NCBI GenBank assembly: GCA_951813565.1
Contig: OX638351.1
Coordinates: 2,560,001 to 2,624,000 of the forward strand
DNA: 64,000 nt
DNA from: an uncultured Poribacteria bacterium
Lineage (GTDB): Bacteria; Poribacteria; WGA-4E; WGA-3G
Direction of reading: 5' to 3'
Each line of letters opens with the position of its first letter. The stretch's first letter is position 1. A program made the position numbers and the translations under genes. Shown here piece after piece: positions 32,159 through 42,342 of this stretch. The notes below the pieces were generated by a model. That model saw only the letters and a list, made by a program, of their open reading frames with translations. It searched no databases and was not told where the DNA came from.

Positions 32159-32920
32159 TTATGACTCCCTTTTTTTACTGGGTTGAGAATCCGTAATTTG
32201 TAAGACATCTTCTATCGGTTGCGTTTCGCTTATGTAAACTTCTATGCCTTCTTTCAGGTGGGTGTCTTGGTTTCTAATATACCCGTGGAGGTCGTTGTAG
32301 ACAGTTTGGATTGAGATACCATGATGTTTTTGCAAATGGACTAATATAGGTTTTTTAAGCAATCCAGGAATATCAATTACAGTATATTGTTTTCGTTCAA
32401 GAAAACCCATCGGAGGTCGAACGAAGACACTTTTTTGCGCTATGATACGATTTTGAGGATTCTGAGGTCTTTTTATTTGATATTTTTTGTCTATATCTTC
32501 CGTTCTTTCTAACAAGATCATCCTGCCTGGCTTGTCAAGGGAACTCTCACATGCGAAGAATAAGGCAACGTGGCTATCAGTCGTAAAATCTATAAGATTG
32601 GTATAACCACCGAAGTGTTGAAGTTCGGTTAAAATTTCAAAAGTGTCTTCTTCGTGAGTATAGTCTTTAGCCACTTTTAACATCTGCTCTTGTATGACTT
32701 CAATATTGAAGTCCTCTGATCCGATTTCTTCTGTGCATTCACGCCACAGACTTGAAGATACTTTCTCATAGTGTTCGGGTTCGCCTCGATAGATGAAGTC
32801 ACCACCAATTGATTCTTCAGCTATCTCTTGGATTATTTCAAAAACATCACTTATACCAAATTCATTTGATTCATCGTCTTTACATACCGCTCCGCTGGAG
32901 CGGAAGACAGAAAACTTCAC
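32159..32920 (-). CDS. FRG-domain protein; 5' end overlaps a repeat element, start uncertain
   Basis: YRGE, LQHFGGYTNLIDFT, ALFFAC, NRIIAQKSVF. Confidence 0.8.
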   Translation of the reverse strand: MKFSVFRSSGAVCKDDESNEFGISDVFEIIQEIAEESIGGDFIYRGEPEHYEKVSSSLWRECTEEIGSEDFNIEVIQEQMLKVAKDYTHEEDTFEILTELQHFGGYTNLIDFTTDSHVALFFACESSLDKPGRMILLERTEDIDKKYQIKRPQNPQNRIIAQKSVFVRPPMGFLERKQYTVIDIPGLLKKPILVHLQKHHGISIQTVYNDLHGYIRNQDTHLKEGIEVYISETQPIEDVLQITDSQPSKKRES

Positions 32921-32955
32921 GTGCTATAAACATACCGCTCCGCTGGAGCGGAAGA
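32883..32955. repeat. Two direct copies of the REP-like unit cataccgctccgctggagcggaaga
   Basis: Copies at ~32884 and ~32931; same family as 43525-43685. Confidence 0.85.
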
Positions 32956-33390
32956 GTAGAAAAAACACTGGAAAAACAAGACGAATTCCGTTAATTTGGT
33001 ATTAGACTATTTGGAAACTCCAATTCGTTTGGTGTATTCATTCTGTTTTCCACAATGAAATTCTTCAAGAATTACGTCGTATTATGAGTATACCAGGAGA
33101 CAATTTCATTTTCAAGAAAATTGGTATTGACTGTGTGTTAAGGTAAGGGTTAGTCTTGTGTTTGATTCATTTCAGAATGGCAGTTTTGATTATATCTCGA
33201 ATTTTCACAGGGACACAGATGGGAAAACCTCAAAATTCGAGATGCTGCCAAGAGGAATTTCGTAAAACTCACATAATTCGAGATTCTGAAAATATGCCGA
33301 ACCCACTATCGCTAGAATCGCGAATGATCATGGATATTCTCCACGACCATTCTGCGATTCTGACATTCTTTACAGTGTATGAGGTGAGCG

Positions 33391-34428
33391 TTACTCCACA
33401 ACCCACGTATTGCCAGCATTGAGGAGTGCTTCAAGGTCACCTTCACCTCGCTGTTGTTTTGCAGAGGTTATCTGGTCAGCCATCATATCCTCGTAGCAGG
33501 TATGCTGAACGCTTCGGAAGATACCGATAGGGTGGGGCATTTCAGGCATATCACTCATACGGGCAAGGAAGTTCGCTAAGGTAGTATTCTCGGCATATTG
33601 ATCATGCACGATAAGATCATCTGTGCCGTTTGTCACTGTGGTGACTTCGGGTTGGAATCCGTTCAAACGAATCCCTTTTTCGCGTTCTTTGCCAAAGAGA
33701 AGAGGTTCGCCATGTTGAAGAGAGACGGTGTTATCGGCTTTGGTCTCTTTTTCTGTGTATAGAAAAAAAGCTTCATCATTGAACTCGTTACAGTTTTGAT
33801 AGATTTCAATAAAAGAAGTGCCTTTATGTTCAAACGCAGCTTTAATAATGGATCGTAAGTGTTCGGGGTCTCTGTCAAGTGATCGTGCCGCAAAGGTCGA
33901 ACCCGCAGCCAGAGCAAGACTAATCGGATTAAAAGGAGACTCAAGCGAACCGAACGGACTTGATTTCGTGTCTTTTCCCTGCTCCGAAGTGGGTGAATAT
34001 TGCCCTTTGGTAAGTCCGTAGATACGATTGTTAAAGAGCAAAACGTTGATGTCAAAATTACGGCGCAGGAGATGGATGAAATGGTTTCCACCAATGGACA
34101 GCGCGTCTCCATCGCCGGTGATAACCCAAACAGAGAGATCAGGATTTGCCATTTTCACTCCAGATGCGATAGTCGGCGCTCTACCGTGAATCGTATGAAA
34201 CCCGTAGGTATTCATATAGTAAGGAAAACGACTTGAACACCCAATTCCAGAGATAAAGACGATATTCTCTCTGGGGACACCCAATTCAGGCATAATCCGT
34301 CGCGTTTGTGCAAGAATGGAGTAATCACCGCAACCAGGACACCATCGCTCATCTTGATCAGACTTAAAATCTTTAGAAGTAAGAGTAGGCACCCCAAGCG
34401 GAATGCCTGAAGATTTTTTATTTTTCAT
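33391..34428 (-). CDS. korB: 2-oxoacid:ferredoxin oxidoreductase beta subunit
   Basis: WCPGCGD, GIGCSSR, GDGD..NN TPP motif. Confidence 0.93.
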   Translation of the reverse strand: MKNKKSSGIPLGVPTLTSKDFKSDQDERWCPGCGDYSILAQTRRIMPELGVPRENIVFISGIGCSSRFPYYMNTYGFHTIHGRAPTIASGVKMANPDLSVWVITGDGDALSIGGNHFIHLLRRNFDINVLLFNNRIYGLTKGQYSPTSEQGKDTKSSPFGSLESPFNPISLALAAGSTFAARSLDRDPEHLRSIIKAAFEHKGTSFIEIYQNCNEFNDEAFFLYTEKETKADNTVSLQHGEPLLFGKEREKGIRLNGFQPEVTTVTNGTDDLIVHDQYAENTTLANFLARMSDMPEMPHPIGIFRSVQHTCYEDMMADQITSAKQQRGEGDLEALLNAGNTWVVE

Positions 34429-34517
34429 ACGTGTGCCTGCCTTTTTGTACATTATCCGGGATATCTTCGGCGAAGTTTGAAAATTTATTTTTATGTCAAT
34501 CCCGGCATATTTATGTG

Positions 34518-36347
34518 TTAGATGTAATTTTCAATTTTAGATTCCAGTTCAAAAACTTGGAAAGGTTGTCCCTGGACCTTGTTGAATCCGACAGCATCAA
34601 TAAGATATTCACTTCGAATCAATTGACGGAGATGACCGGTATTTAACTCAGGAATTAACACGGTTTTGAATCGGTTGAGGATTTCGCCTAAATCGCTCGG
34701 AAACGGATTGAGGTGACGCAAATGAACATGACCAATTGCGCAACTGTCTTCAAGTTTATTTTCAACCACAGTCCTAATTGTTCCAAAAGTGCCACCCCAT
34801 CCAAGCACAAGCAGGTCACCCTCCTGTGCACCAAAGATTTCCGTGGGAGGAATTTCATCTGCGATACGTTTAACTTTTTCTGCTCTAATACTCACCATTT
34901 TCTGATGATTTTCAGCATCATAACTCACATTCCCTGTTATGTCCGACTTTTCCAAACCACCGATGCGATGCTCAAGTCCGGGGGTACCAGGCTTTGCCCA
35001 GGGTCTTGCGAGCGTATCAATGTCTCTTGTGTAAGGTTCAAAACCATTCACATCGGTTCGGAAATTGGGTTCAATTTTTCGGAGATCCGCAACATCGGGA
35101 ATCTGCCAAGGTTCCGCACCAAGCGCGATATAAAGTTCCGAAAGGAAGATAACAGGAGTTCGATATTTTACTGCGATTCGGCATGCTTCATAAACTGTGT
35201 CAAAACAGTCAGTGGGACGACATGCTGCAAGAATAGGAATAGGGGATTCTCCGTTTCTACCGTAAAACATCTGCAATAGGTCTGCCTGTTCTGTTTTTGT
35301 CGGCATTCCTGTTGAGGGACCAGCTCTTTGGATATTGCAAACAACAAGCGGTAATTCTGTAATCATAGCAAGGTTAATTGCTTCAGATTTGAGGGCAAGC
35401 CCTGGACCACTACTGCCGGTCACACCAAGTGCACCACTAAAAGCGGCACCGATAGCAACCCCAACAGCAGCAATTTCGTCCTCCATCTGCATTGTCACAA
35501 TGCCAAAGTTTCGATAATTTGCTAAACCATGAAGGATATCACTTGCAGGTGTAATCGGATAACTTCCGTAAACCAGCTGTAATCCAGATTGATGTGCAGC
35601 AGCCACAAGCCCCAAAACAGTGGACGTATTACCTGCAATATTACGATATTTTCCAGGGGCAAATTTTGCTGGCTTCACTTCATAGGAAGTCGCAAATTGT
35701 TCTGTTGCTTCGCAATAGGTATTGCCAGCTCGGAGTGCTAAGATATTCGGTTCTATGAATTGCGGATATTTGGCGGCAAACCTGCTCTTAATCCATCTTA
35801 TAGTGTGATCCATCGGGCGGCTGTATAACCATAAGATCATACCAAGTGCAAAAAAGTTTTTACACCGATCCATTTCTTTAGTACCAAGGTCTGTCGATTC
35901 AAGTGTGTTTCGAGTGAGTTTAGTCAAATCAACAGGGAAAACCTGATATTTTGTCAGCGAGTCGTCCTCTAACGGATTTTCAGTATAACCAGCAAGACGT
36001 AAGTTTTTACGTGCAAAATTATCGGAATTGACAATCAATATACCGTTAGCCTTCAATTTATGGAGATTGACTTTTAACGCGGCGGGATTCATCGCTACGA
36101 GGACATCACAAGTATCACCAGGGGTATGTATGGTTTCACTGGAGAAGTGTAATTGGAAGCCTGAGACCCCAGCGAGCGAACCTGCGGGGGCTCTAATTTC
36201 AGCAGGGTAATCGGGCAACGTGGCGACATCGTTCCCGATAATAGCGGAGGTTTCTGTCATCTGCGTTCCGATTGTTTGGGAACCATCGCCAGAGTCCCCT
36301 GCAAACAGAACTGTTGCCGCTTGAATTTGCTCTACTTGCTTACGCAT
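34518..36347 (-). CDS. korA: 2-oxoacid:ferredoxin oxidoreductase alpha subunit
   Basis: AGDSGDG, YPITPAS, EDEIAA, QRAGPSTGMPT. Confidence 0.94.
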   Translation of the reverse strand: MRKQVEQIQAATVLFAGDSGDGSQTIGTQMTETSAIIGNDVATLPDYPAEIRAPAGSLAGVSGFQLHFSSETIHTPGDTCDVLVAMNPAALKVNLHKLKANGILIVNSDNFARKNLRLAGYTENPLEDDSLTKYQVFPVDLTKLTRNTLESTDLGTKEMDRCKNFFALGMILWLYSRPMDHTIRWIKSRFAAKYPQFIEPNILALRAGNTYCEATEQFATSYEVKPAKFAPGKYRNIAGNTSTVLGLVAAAHQSGLQLVYGSYPITPASDILHGLANYRNFGIVTMQMEDEIAAVGVAIGAAFSGALGVTGSSGPGLALKSEAINLAMITELPLVVCNIQRAGPSTGMPTKTEQADLLQMFYGRNGESPIPILAACRPTDCFDTVYEACRIAVKYRTPVIFLSELYIALGAEPWQIPDVADLRKIEPNFRTDVNGFEPYTRDIDTLARPWAKPGTPGLEHRIGGLEKSDITGNVSYDAENHQKMVSIRAEKVKRIADEIPPTEIFGAQEGDLLVLGWGGTFGTIRTVVENKLEDSCAIGHVHLRHLNPFPSDLGEILNRFKTVLIPELNTGHLRQLIRSEYLIDAVGFNKVQGQPFQVFELESKIENYI

Positions 36348-36421
36348 CAGTGTTTAGCCTTTTTATATGCAATTTATAAGGGTGGTCCACAAAGTCCACC
36401 TGTAAAAGACTTCGTCCATTG

Positions 36422-36961
36422 TCATGCTCCTTCTCGTGCTTTCAAAGCATCACGCACCGGATTGGAGGGCAGTGTTAATACCTCCTGTGGAAAATACTCA
36501 ACGAGATAAGAGATAACATCGCGAATTGATACCATGCCGATAGGGTGTTGGTGTTCATTAACAATCGGCAAGTGTCGAAAACCGCCTCGTGCCATATACA
36601 ACACAGCTGTATCCAACATATCTTCTGGGTTTGCTGTTTGCGGATCCGCCTTCATGAATTGCGTAACAGGAATTTGCGTTAGATCACCTATCTGTTTGTT
36701 TAAAACTTTTCGCAATACGTCGCGTTCACCAAAAATACCACGAAGAACACCATCTTCCACAACGGATGCAGCGCCAATATGGTGTTCAATTAGCAAATCA
36801 ATTGCGTCCTGCATGCTTGTAGTAATGTCAATCGTCACACAAGACCGCATCAAGTGTCGGAGTGGCACCTGAATCTCACTTACTTTTAACGCTTTAAGAG
36901 GCGCCTCCGCATCTTTATCCATCTGTGCTAATTCTTCATCAATTGCATGGTCATAAAGCAT
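36422..36961 (-). CDS. CBS domain protein
   Basis: GIFGERD and FRHLPIV CBS pair. Confidence 0.88.
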   Translation of the reverse strand: MLYDHAIDEELAQMDKDAEAPLKALKVSEIQVPLRHLMRSCVTIDITTSMQDAIDLLIEHHIGAASVVEDGVLRGIFGERDVLRKVLNKQIGDLTQIPVTQFMKADPQTANPEDMLDTAVLYMARGGFRHLPIVNEHQHPIGMVSIRDVISYLVEYFPQEVLTLPSNPVRDALKAREGA

Positions 36962-36963
36962 AG

Positions 36964-37401
36964 TTATGCGCCTCCTTCCTGATTCTCAATAAATATAGCG
37001 ACGTGGTCTAAAATATCCCGTGTTGAAATCAATCCAACTGGAAATTCTTGATTTTGGTCATCCCAAATACAAAGGGGGACATGCCTGAAATGTCCGAGAT
37101 GCATTAGATTTAAAGCAAAGGCAATCGGGTCGCTGGCACGTAACGATTCGGGGTTTGCTGTCATGATTTCTTCAACCTTGACACCTGCAGGTTCTAACCG
37201 TTTACCACACACATGAACGAGCAGGTCACGATCAGTGAGAATCCCGACAAGTCGTTGTTCCGCATCAACAACAAGGATGCATCCGAATCCCTGTACTTGC
37301 ATGATGTCAATGGCATCTGATACTGGAGAACCAACTTGGACGGTGGCAGGTTGCTTGTAACCAAGCGTGCTAATCGGTAACGATAATGTTCTCGCGTCCA
37401 T
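36964..37401 (-). CDS. CBS domain protein
   Basis: GILTDRD and FRHVP CBS pair. Confidence 0.88.
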   Translation of the reverse strand: MDARTLSLPISTLGYKQPATVQVGSPVSDAIDIMQVQGFGCILVVDAEQRLVGILTDRDLLVHVCGKRLEPAGVKVEEIMTANPESLRASDPIAFALNLMHLGHFRHVPLCIWDDQNQEFPVGLISTRDILDHVAIFIENQEGGA

Positions 37402-37540
37402 CGTATAGACTCCTTGATGTTAACGTCAAAAAATAGGGTTGGGTTTCCTACTGTCCCTTATTTAAAGGATACTATATTTACTACGAATTTGCAAGAATAT
37501 TTTGGTGCAGCACTATTGGGTGTAAAACTGCAAATACAGA

Positions 37541-38488
37541 TTAATTTTTTAACACTGTCGTAACTGCACGCGAAGAAGGAGACCCCCACCCTGGAACAAC
37601 CATACTCCATCTTCCTGCCGGCCCGCCAGCCACCATCAGAAGCAGGTCATCTTCCGAATATCGCTTTGTTGTCTCAGCGATGTAGCGTCGCACCTCTTCT
37701 TTGCTAAAGCCGTTTGCTGAAATCGTTTTCGCGTGTTCAATTCCGATAACGATAAGTGTTTCACCGCTGCTGTTGCCGGGAGCAGAAATGTTCTGACAGA
37801 TCGTATTGAGAATTCCTTCCGCTGTGTTACTGCCGTGATCGTTTATACTCTGCGGGCCTGCACCTGCAAAAACGGTCACAGTGCTCTCATCTGCCTCAAA
37901 ACCACGCTCAACATGGAATGGATTCCATGGGTTTTCCTCTTCTTTTTCAGCTATACAGCAGGTATATTTGCCAACATGTCCAAAGGCAGCGCGGTCTAAT
38001 TCTCCGGGTAGTGCCCCACCAATGTTTGTACAGATGAGACGGACTGCTCTGCCGATAGTTGCGTTTGCACGCCATCCCTGCCCGAAAAGATTGAAGCCAT
38101 CATTAATGTCTAATGCTTTCCTGACAGGACCGTTTACTACCAACATAGGAGCAACATGCGATGTCGTAACCTGTACGCCGTGTAGATTAAATTCCTCGGA
38201 GGCCATCGCTTCTACAGCAGCCAGAACAACCGGTAGATACGTTGGTAGACAACCTGCCATAACTGCGTTAATTGCTATTCTTTCAATCGTCGCCCTGCCC
38301 CATTTTGGTGGGACCGATGTGATTAATTCCTCTGGTGAGCGCTCAGTACCACCAAGCATTCTCTCAACACGTTCAGGTGTTGGTGGAACAACGGGAAGAC
38401 CATCAGTCCATTCGTTTTCATAGCAAGCCTCAATTGGGTCAACCTTCTCGTCAATAGAAACCTGCCTGGCGTGCCATTCTTGTGCCAT
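37541..38488 (-). CDS. Conserved hypothetical protein (WTDGLPVVPPT family)
   Basis: WTDGLPVVPPT, NAVMAGC, RANATIGRA; GGAGG SD. Confidence 0.75.
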   Translation of the reverse strand: MAQEWHARQVSIDEKVDPIEACYENEWTDGLPVVPPTPERVERMLGGTERSPEELITSVPPKWGRATIERIAINAVMAGCLPTYLPVVLAAVEAMASEEFNLHGVQVTTSHVAPMLVVNGPVRKALDINDGFNLFGQGWRANATIGRAVRLICTNIGGALPGELDRAAFGHVGKYTCCIAEKEEENPWNPFHVERGFEADESTVTVFAGAGPQSINDHGSNTAEGILNTICQNISAPGNSSGETLIVIGIEHAKTISANGFSKEEVRRYIAETTKRYSEDDLLLMVAGGPAGRWSMVVPGWGSPSSRAVTTVLKN

Positions 38489-38681
38489 GTCTGCCTCCTT
38501 GCAGATGAGATTGATATGTTCTCTTGGAACATGTTATTATGTTAGCATAGACTTTATGGTTTGGCAAGAGACAATCTGCCACAGAACAACGCGTAGATAA
38601 GGTTTACTGTTGATTAAAAGCCATTCTGTAATAACAACTAATATCCAATTGAATCGAAATCGCATCGTTGATTGGAAAAAT

Positions 38682-39554
38682 ATGTCAGAACAAAGCAATA
38701 CATCGCTACAAAATAATAGCGAATCTACATTAGCAACGACACCTCTTAAACCGATGGGATTTGGGGAAATTCTGGACACAACATTTAGTCTCTATCGGAA
38801 ACATCTTACGCTATTTTTGGGACTTGTCGCATTTTCGGTCTTTGGGGAGCTCGCAGTACATCTTTTTACGGATTTTTCTGATTTCTTCTTTTCCCGTTAT
38901 CTTCTATTGGGAATAGGAATGGTCATATTTTCAGTCACTTTCTCCATAATAGGTATAGGTGGAATAGTAATTGGAACTGGTGCAACTTATCTGAATGAGG
39001 ATATAACAATCCGTTCAGTCTTGCAGCAAACAATTCAAAGGTTTTGGCAATTGCTGGGTTGTTTTTTCGTTTGGTCGTTAGTTGTAGGTAGTTTAGCAGT
39101 TACGATCATCGGTATACCGTTTGCAATCTTTTTTGCTGTCCGATGGGGATTTTTCATTGGAACAGTGATGTTGGAAAAGCCTGTGGTTAGCACACCTTTT
39201 AGGCGGAGTGGTCAACTTGTTAGTGAGATGTGGTGGCAGATGTTTGGAATGTTACTTGCGATCTTTTTGTTTAGCACACTTGTTCACGCAATATTTGAAA
39301 TTTCTATCGGATTCATCCTTATTTTATCAAACCTTGGTGGTGAAATCGACTTCATTGATATTCTTGAATGGGGGCTTTTCGGAGAATCTTTTGAGAACAA
39401 CACATCACTTTTTTACGCGATTTCGCTCGTTATACATCTACTTGTCTATGTAATATCGTTTCCAATTTGGATCATCGGTATCACCCTTCTTTACTATAAC
39501 CAACGTATTCGTAAAGAGGGTTTTGATATTGAAATGCAGGCACGGGATACCTAA
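38682..39554 (+). CDS. Integral membrane protein (GPDPase membrane-domain-like)
   Basis: LKPMGFGEILD..FSLYR and LLYYNQRIRKEGFD motifs; multiple TM helices. Confidence 0.75.
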   Translation: MSEQSNTSLQNNSESTLATTPLKPMGFGEILDTTFSLYRKHLTLFLGLVAFSVFGELAVHLFTDFSDFFFSRYLLLGIGMVIFSVTFSIIGIGGIVIGTGATYLNEDITIRSVLQQTIQRFWQLLGCFFVWSLVVGSLAVTIIGIPFAIFFAVRWGFFIGTVMLEKPVVSTPFRRSGQLVSEMWWQMFGMLLAIFLFSTLVHAIFEISIGFILILSNLGGEIDFIDILEWGLFGESFENNTSLFYAISLVIHLLVYVISFPIWIIGITLLYYNQRIRKEGFDIEMQARDT

Positions 39555-39747
39555 TACTGTTGAACGTATTGTGTTTGATTCGTTGGCAACATTTTACACA
39601 TAAACACATTTGAAATTCCATAGACGTAAATAACAGACATTACACTGCTAAGCCTAAAAGAATCAAGAAAATAGAGATACGATTCTGTAAACATTACACG
39701 AAAAACTAAGTTAAAACATAAATTCTAAAGATTCATAGGAGAAAAAA

Positions 39748-40710
39748 TTGAGATATGTTACGTTTCACGGAATTATCGCTGCCAGAAAAGTAGTGTCCCG
39801 TTTCTTAAAATCAACACCTTTAACTCACTACCCTGAATTATCAGAAAAACTCGGATTTCAGGCAAACATAAAACATGAAAACCATCTGCCGACAGGCAGC
39901 TTTAAGGTGCGCGGCGGCATTAATTTCATGTCTAATTTACCCACAGAACAGAAAAAACAGGGTGTCGTTACGGCAACACGTGGCAACCACGGACAATCTA
40001 TTGCTTATGCTGCGGCACAGTTCGGCGTAAAAGCGACTATCGTGGTACCGCACGGGAATAACCGAGAGAAAAACAGCGCGATGCATGCATTTGGCGCTGA
40101 ACTGATTGAACACGGTAATGATTTTGATGAAGCACGCGAATTGTGTGACACGCTTCAAGCAGAACGCGGTCTCTATTACGTTCATCCGTGTATGGAACCA
40201 GCGCTCATCCACGGCGTCGGCACCTATTCGCTTGAGATATTTGAAAGTCTTCCTGATGTACACACAATTATTGTGCCGATTGGGGGCGGTAGCGGTGTTT
40301 GCGGCGCGATCACCGTTGCTAAGGCAATTAATCCGAATGTAAAGATCATCGGAGTGCAAGCGGAAAACGCTCCAGCCATATACCGTTCATGGAAAGCAGG
40401 AGAGCATATAGAGACTGATTCTTGCAATACAATCGCAGATGGTTTGGCGACGCGTGTCCCGTTCAAACTTCCATTTTCTATCATTAAAGAAGGTATTCAC
40501 GATATTGTTACGGTCAGCGAGGAAGAAATAAGAGCGGGGATCCGATCAGCGTTGCGACATACGCACAATTTAGCCGAAGGAGCAGGTGTAGCAGCACTCG
40601 CAGCTGCGAAGAAACTTAAGGATAAGTTGGCAGGACAGAATGTTGCTATGATTATGAGTGGTGGGAACTTGGATATGGATACACTCAAAGAAGTATTAAC
40701 CGATTCCTAA
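39748..40710 (+). CDS. Threonine/serine dehydratase (PLP, no regulatory domain)
   Basis: GSFKVRG, TRGNHG, PIGGGSG, SGGN; TTG start with AGGAG SD. Confidence 0.9.
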   Translation: MRYVTFHGIIAARKVVSRFLKSTPLTHYPELSEKLGFQANIKHENHLPTGSFKVRGGINFMSNLPTEQKKQGVVTATRGNHGQSIAYAAAQFGVKATIVVPHGNNREKNSAMHAFGAELIEHGNDFDEARELCDTLQAERGLYYVHPCMEPALIHGVGTYSLEIFESLPDVHTIIVPIGGGSGVCGAITVAKAINPNVKIIGVQAENAPAIYRSWKAGEHIETDSCNTIADGLATRVPFKLPFSIIKEGIHDIVTVSEEEIRAGIRSALRHTHNLAEGAGVAALAAAKKLKDKLAGQNVAMIMSGGNLDMDTLKEVLTDS

Positions 40711-41429
40711 TCGTACCAATTATGAATCACGTAAACGGGGGCGGAGTTTTCAGTCAGTTGAATCTCCGCCCATTCTACACCCTCTACAAATTCGTTTCGG
40801 AGCGCATTTGTTAAGTCAGGATCAATATGTAAAGATGTCAAGTCCCAACGCAAATTTTGACTGCTTTCTACAACGACATCGGCTTCCTCTGCGAAGAGCG
40901 AAACACGCTGCAAACCGCTGTTTTTCCGTTTTAACCGCAATTCTGATAACACATAGTGAATAGTTTGCTGTGGATCACGCATTTCGGCTTTGAAGTCGGC
41001 AAGTTTATAATTAGTGAGGTAATGCCCAAAACGCATTAGTTTCAGGTTTCCAAGAAAATGATCTGTCTCATACTCTTCAGGACGAGGCAAACCACCGTAA
41101 AGAATAATATGTTGAGAGTTATACATATCCAGCGCGTACTTAACTGCTAACTGTCCATCGGTATAATCCTTATCCGTTTGTCCTACCCACTTTTTAACGG
41201 TCTGCTGCGCTTTAGTCACTATGTCGTTTATGGAATCAAGGTCACCGATTAGAATATCCGGTAAGAGGTGGATGTCATCTATTTTATTCAATTCATCAAA
41301 GATGCGTAATCCACCGTCAGCACAAATAATAGTAGCACCATTCCCAATTCCTGTCTCAATCTCCTGTTGATAAAAATCGAGATTTCTAAAATCGTAGTAA
41401 CCGTTAAGAAAAATAAGTGCAGGTTTCAT
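40707..41429 (-). CDS. Thiamine diphosphokinase-like protein
   Basis: ICADGG, IGDLDS, KDYTD, DHFLGNL. Confidence 0.75.
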   Translation of the reverse strand: MKPALIFLNGYYDFRNLDFYQQEIETGIGNGATIICADGGLRIFDELNKIDDIHLLPDILIGDLDSINDIVTKAQQTVKKWVGQTDKDYTDGQLAVKYALDMYNSQHIILYGGLPRPEEYETDHFLGNLKLMRFGHYLTNYKLADFKAEMRDPQQTIHYVLSELRLKRKNSGLQRVSLFAEEADVVVESSQNLRWDLTSLHIDPDLTNALRNEFVEGVEWAEIQLTENSAPVYVIHNWYD

Positions 41430-41430
41430 C

Positions 41431-42342
41431 TCATTTTATTACCAAATTGTATGACGGCATCAAATGTGTAGGGTGATAGGCAAGTTTCACCCGTTTCAGA
41501 TTCTCTAATCCAGAATCATCCATTGCGTTTATCCACTTGTAAGTGCCCATCAATTCTTTGCAAAATTCCCTATAGATAAACTGCGCGAGTCCCTTTATGT
41601 TGAGATCTGAAATTTCAAACAGCACACAGAACGTCTCACTGTTCAATTCATATCCGAAGGTATACGCTCGTAACTCACCATCAATGCGAACAACCCTGCC
41701 AACCAGTCCCAATTCCTTTGCATGTGTTATCCCAATCCGATGTGCAGATTGCGAATCGTCAAGCATTGCTTGATAGATTGGGTCATCATATTTTTCTGCG
41801 CGCGACCTTCGCCATGTCTTATAGAGATTCAAACACGCATCCCGATCAGTTGAAAGATACGGTTCACATTTTACCAACGGATATCGTGATACAAAAGCAT
41901 TGTAAGCATTCCGTTGTTGTTTGTAGCGATCTCCTCGTAACTCACTTAAATCTTCTGCTCTATAGACATATTCAGTTTCTTTTTGGATAGCGTGAAAACC
42001 TTCATTTTTGAAAACAGGGAGTAGTTCTTCTGGGACATTTTCAATGCGTGCAATCTGAGGATTCCGATTGGATTCCAGCATGAATTGATACGTTTCACAA
42101 ACTGTCTTTAAATAGGAACGGTTGCCGACAGTATAAGGTATCGGTAGAATCGGCATAAAGTAGTCATCTCCTTGCTTGGCAAAGATACAAAAGTGGTCAT
42201 GTAGATGTGTCCAATAGAACTGAAAGTGATTTCGCCACACATAAAGTGATGCGAAGGCATAGTTGGACAGACACATGCAGGTCCTACGTATATATTCGTC
42301 AAAAATCGGTTTATCGTCGAGGGTTAATGGTCGGAGTTGCAT
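41431..42342 (-). CDS. DUF2156 / aminoacyl-phosphatidylglycerol synthase C-terminal-like protein
   Basis: EYVYRAEDLSELRG, INAMDDSGLENLKRVKLAYHP. Confidence 0.8.
   Translation of the reverse strand: MQLRPLTLDDKPIFDEYIRRTCMCLSNYAFASLYVWRNHFQFYWTHLHDHFCIFAKQGDDYFMPILPIPYTVGNRSYLKTVCETYQFMLESNRNPQIARIENVPEELLPVFKNEGFHAIQKETEYVYRAEDLSELRGDRYKQQRNAYNAFVSRYPLVKCEPYLSTDRDACLNLYKTWRRSRAEKYDDPIYQAMLDDSQSAHRIGITHAKELGLVGRVVRIDGELRAYTFGYELNSETFCVLFEISDLNIKGLAQFIYREFCKELMGTYKWINAMDDSGLENLKRVKLAYHPTHLMPSYNLVIK

Noticed and set aside
32156..32161. Selenocysteine or pyrrolysine readthrough between FRG and TPR
   Set aside because: The stop is TAA, not TGA or TAG.
37541..38600. Adjacent selenoprotein partner for the WTDGLP protein
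   Set aside because: No candidate ORF with an in-frame TGA motif was seen beside it.
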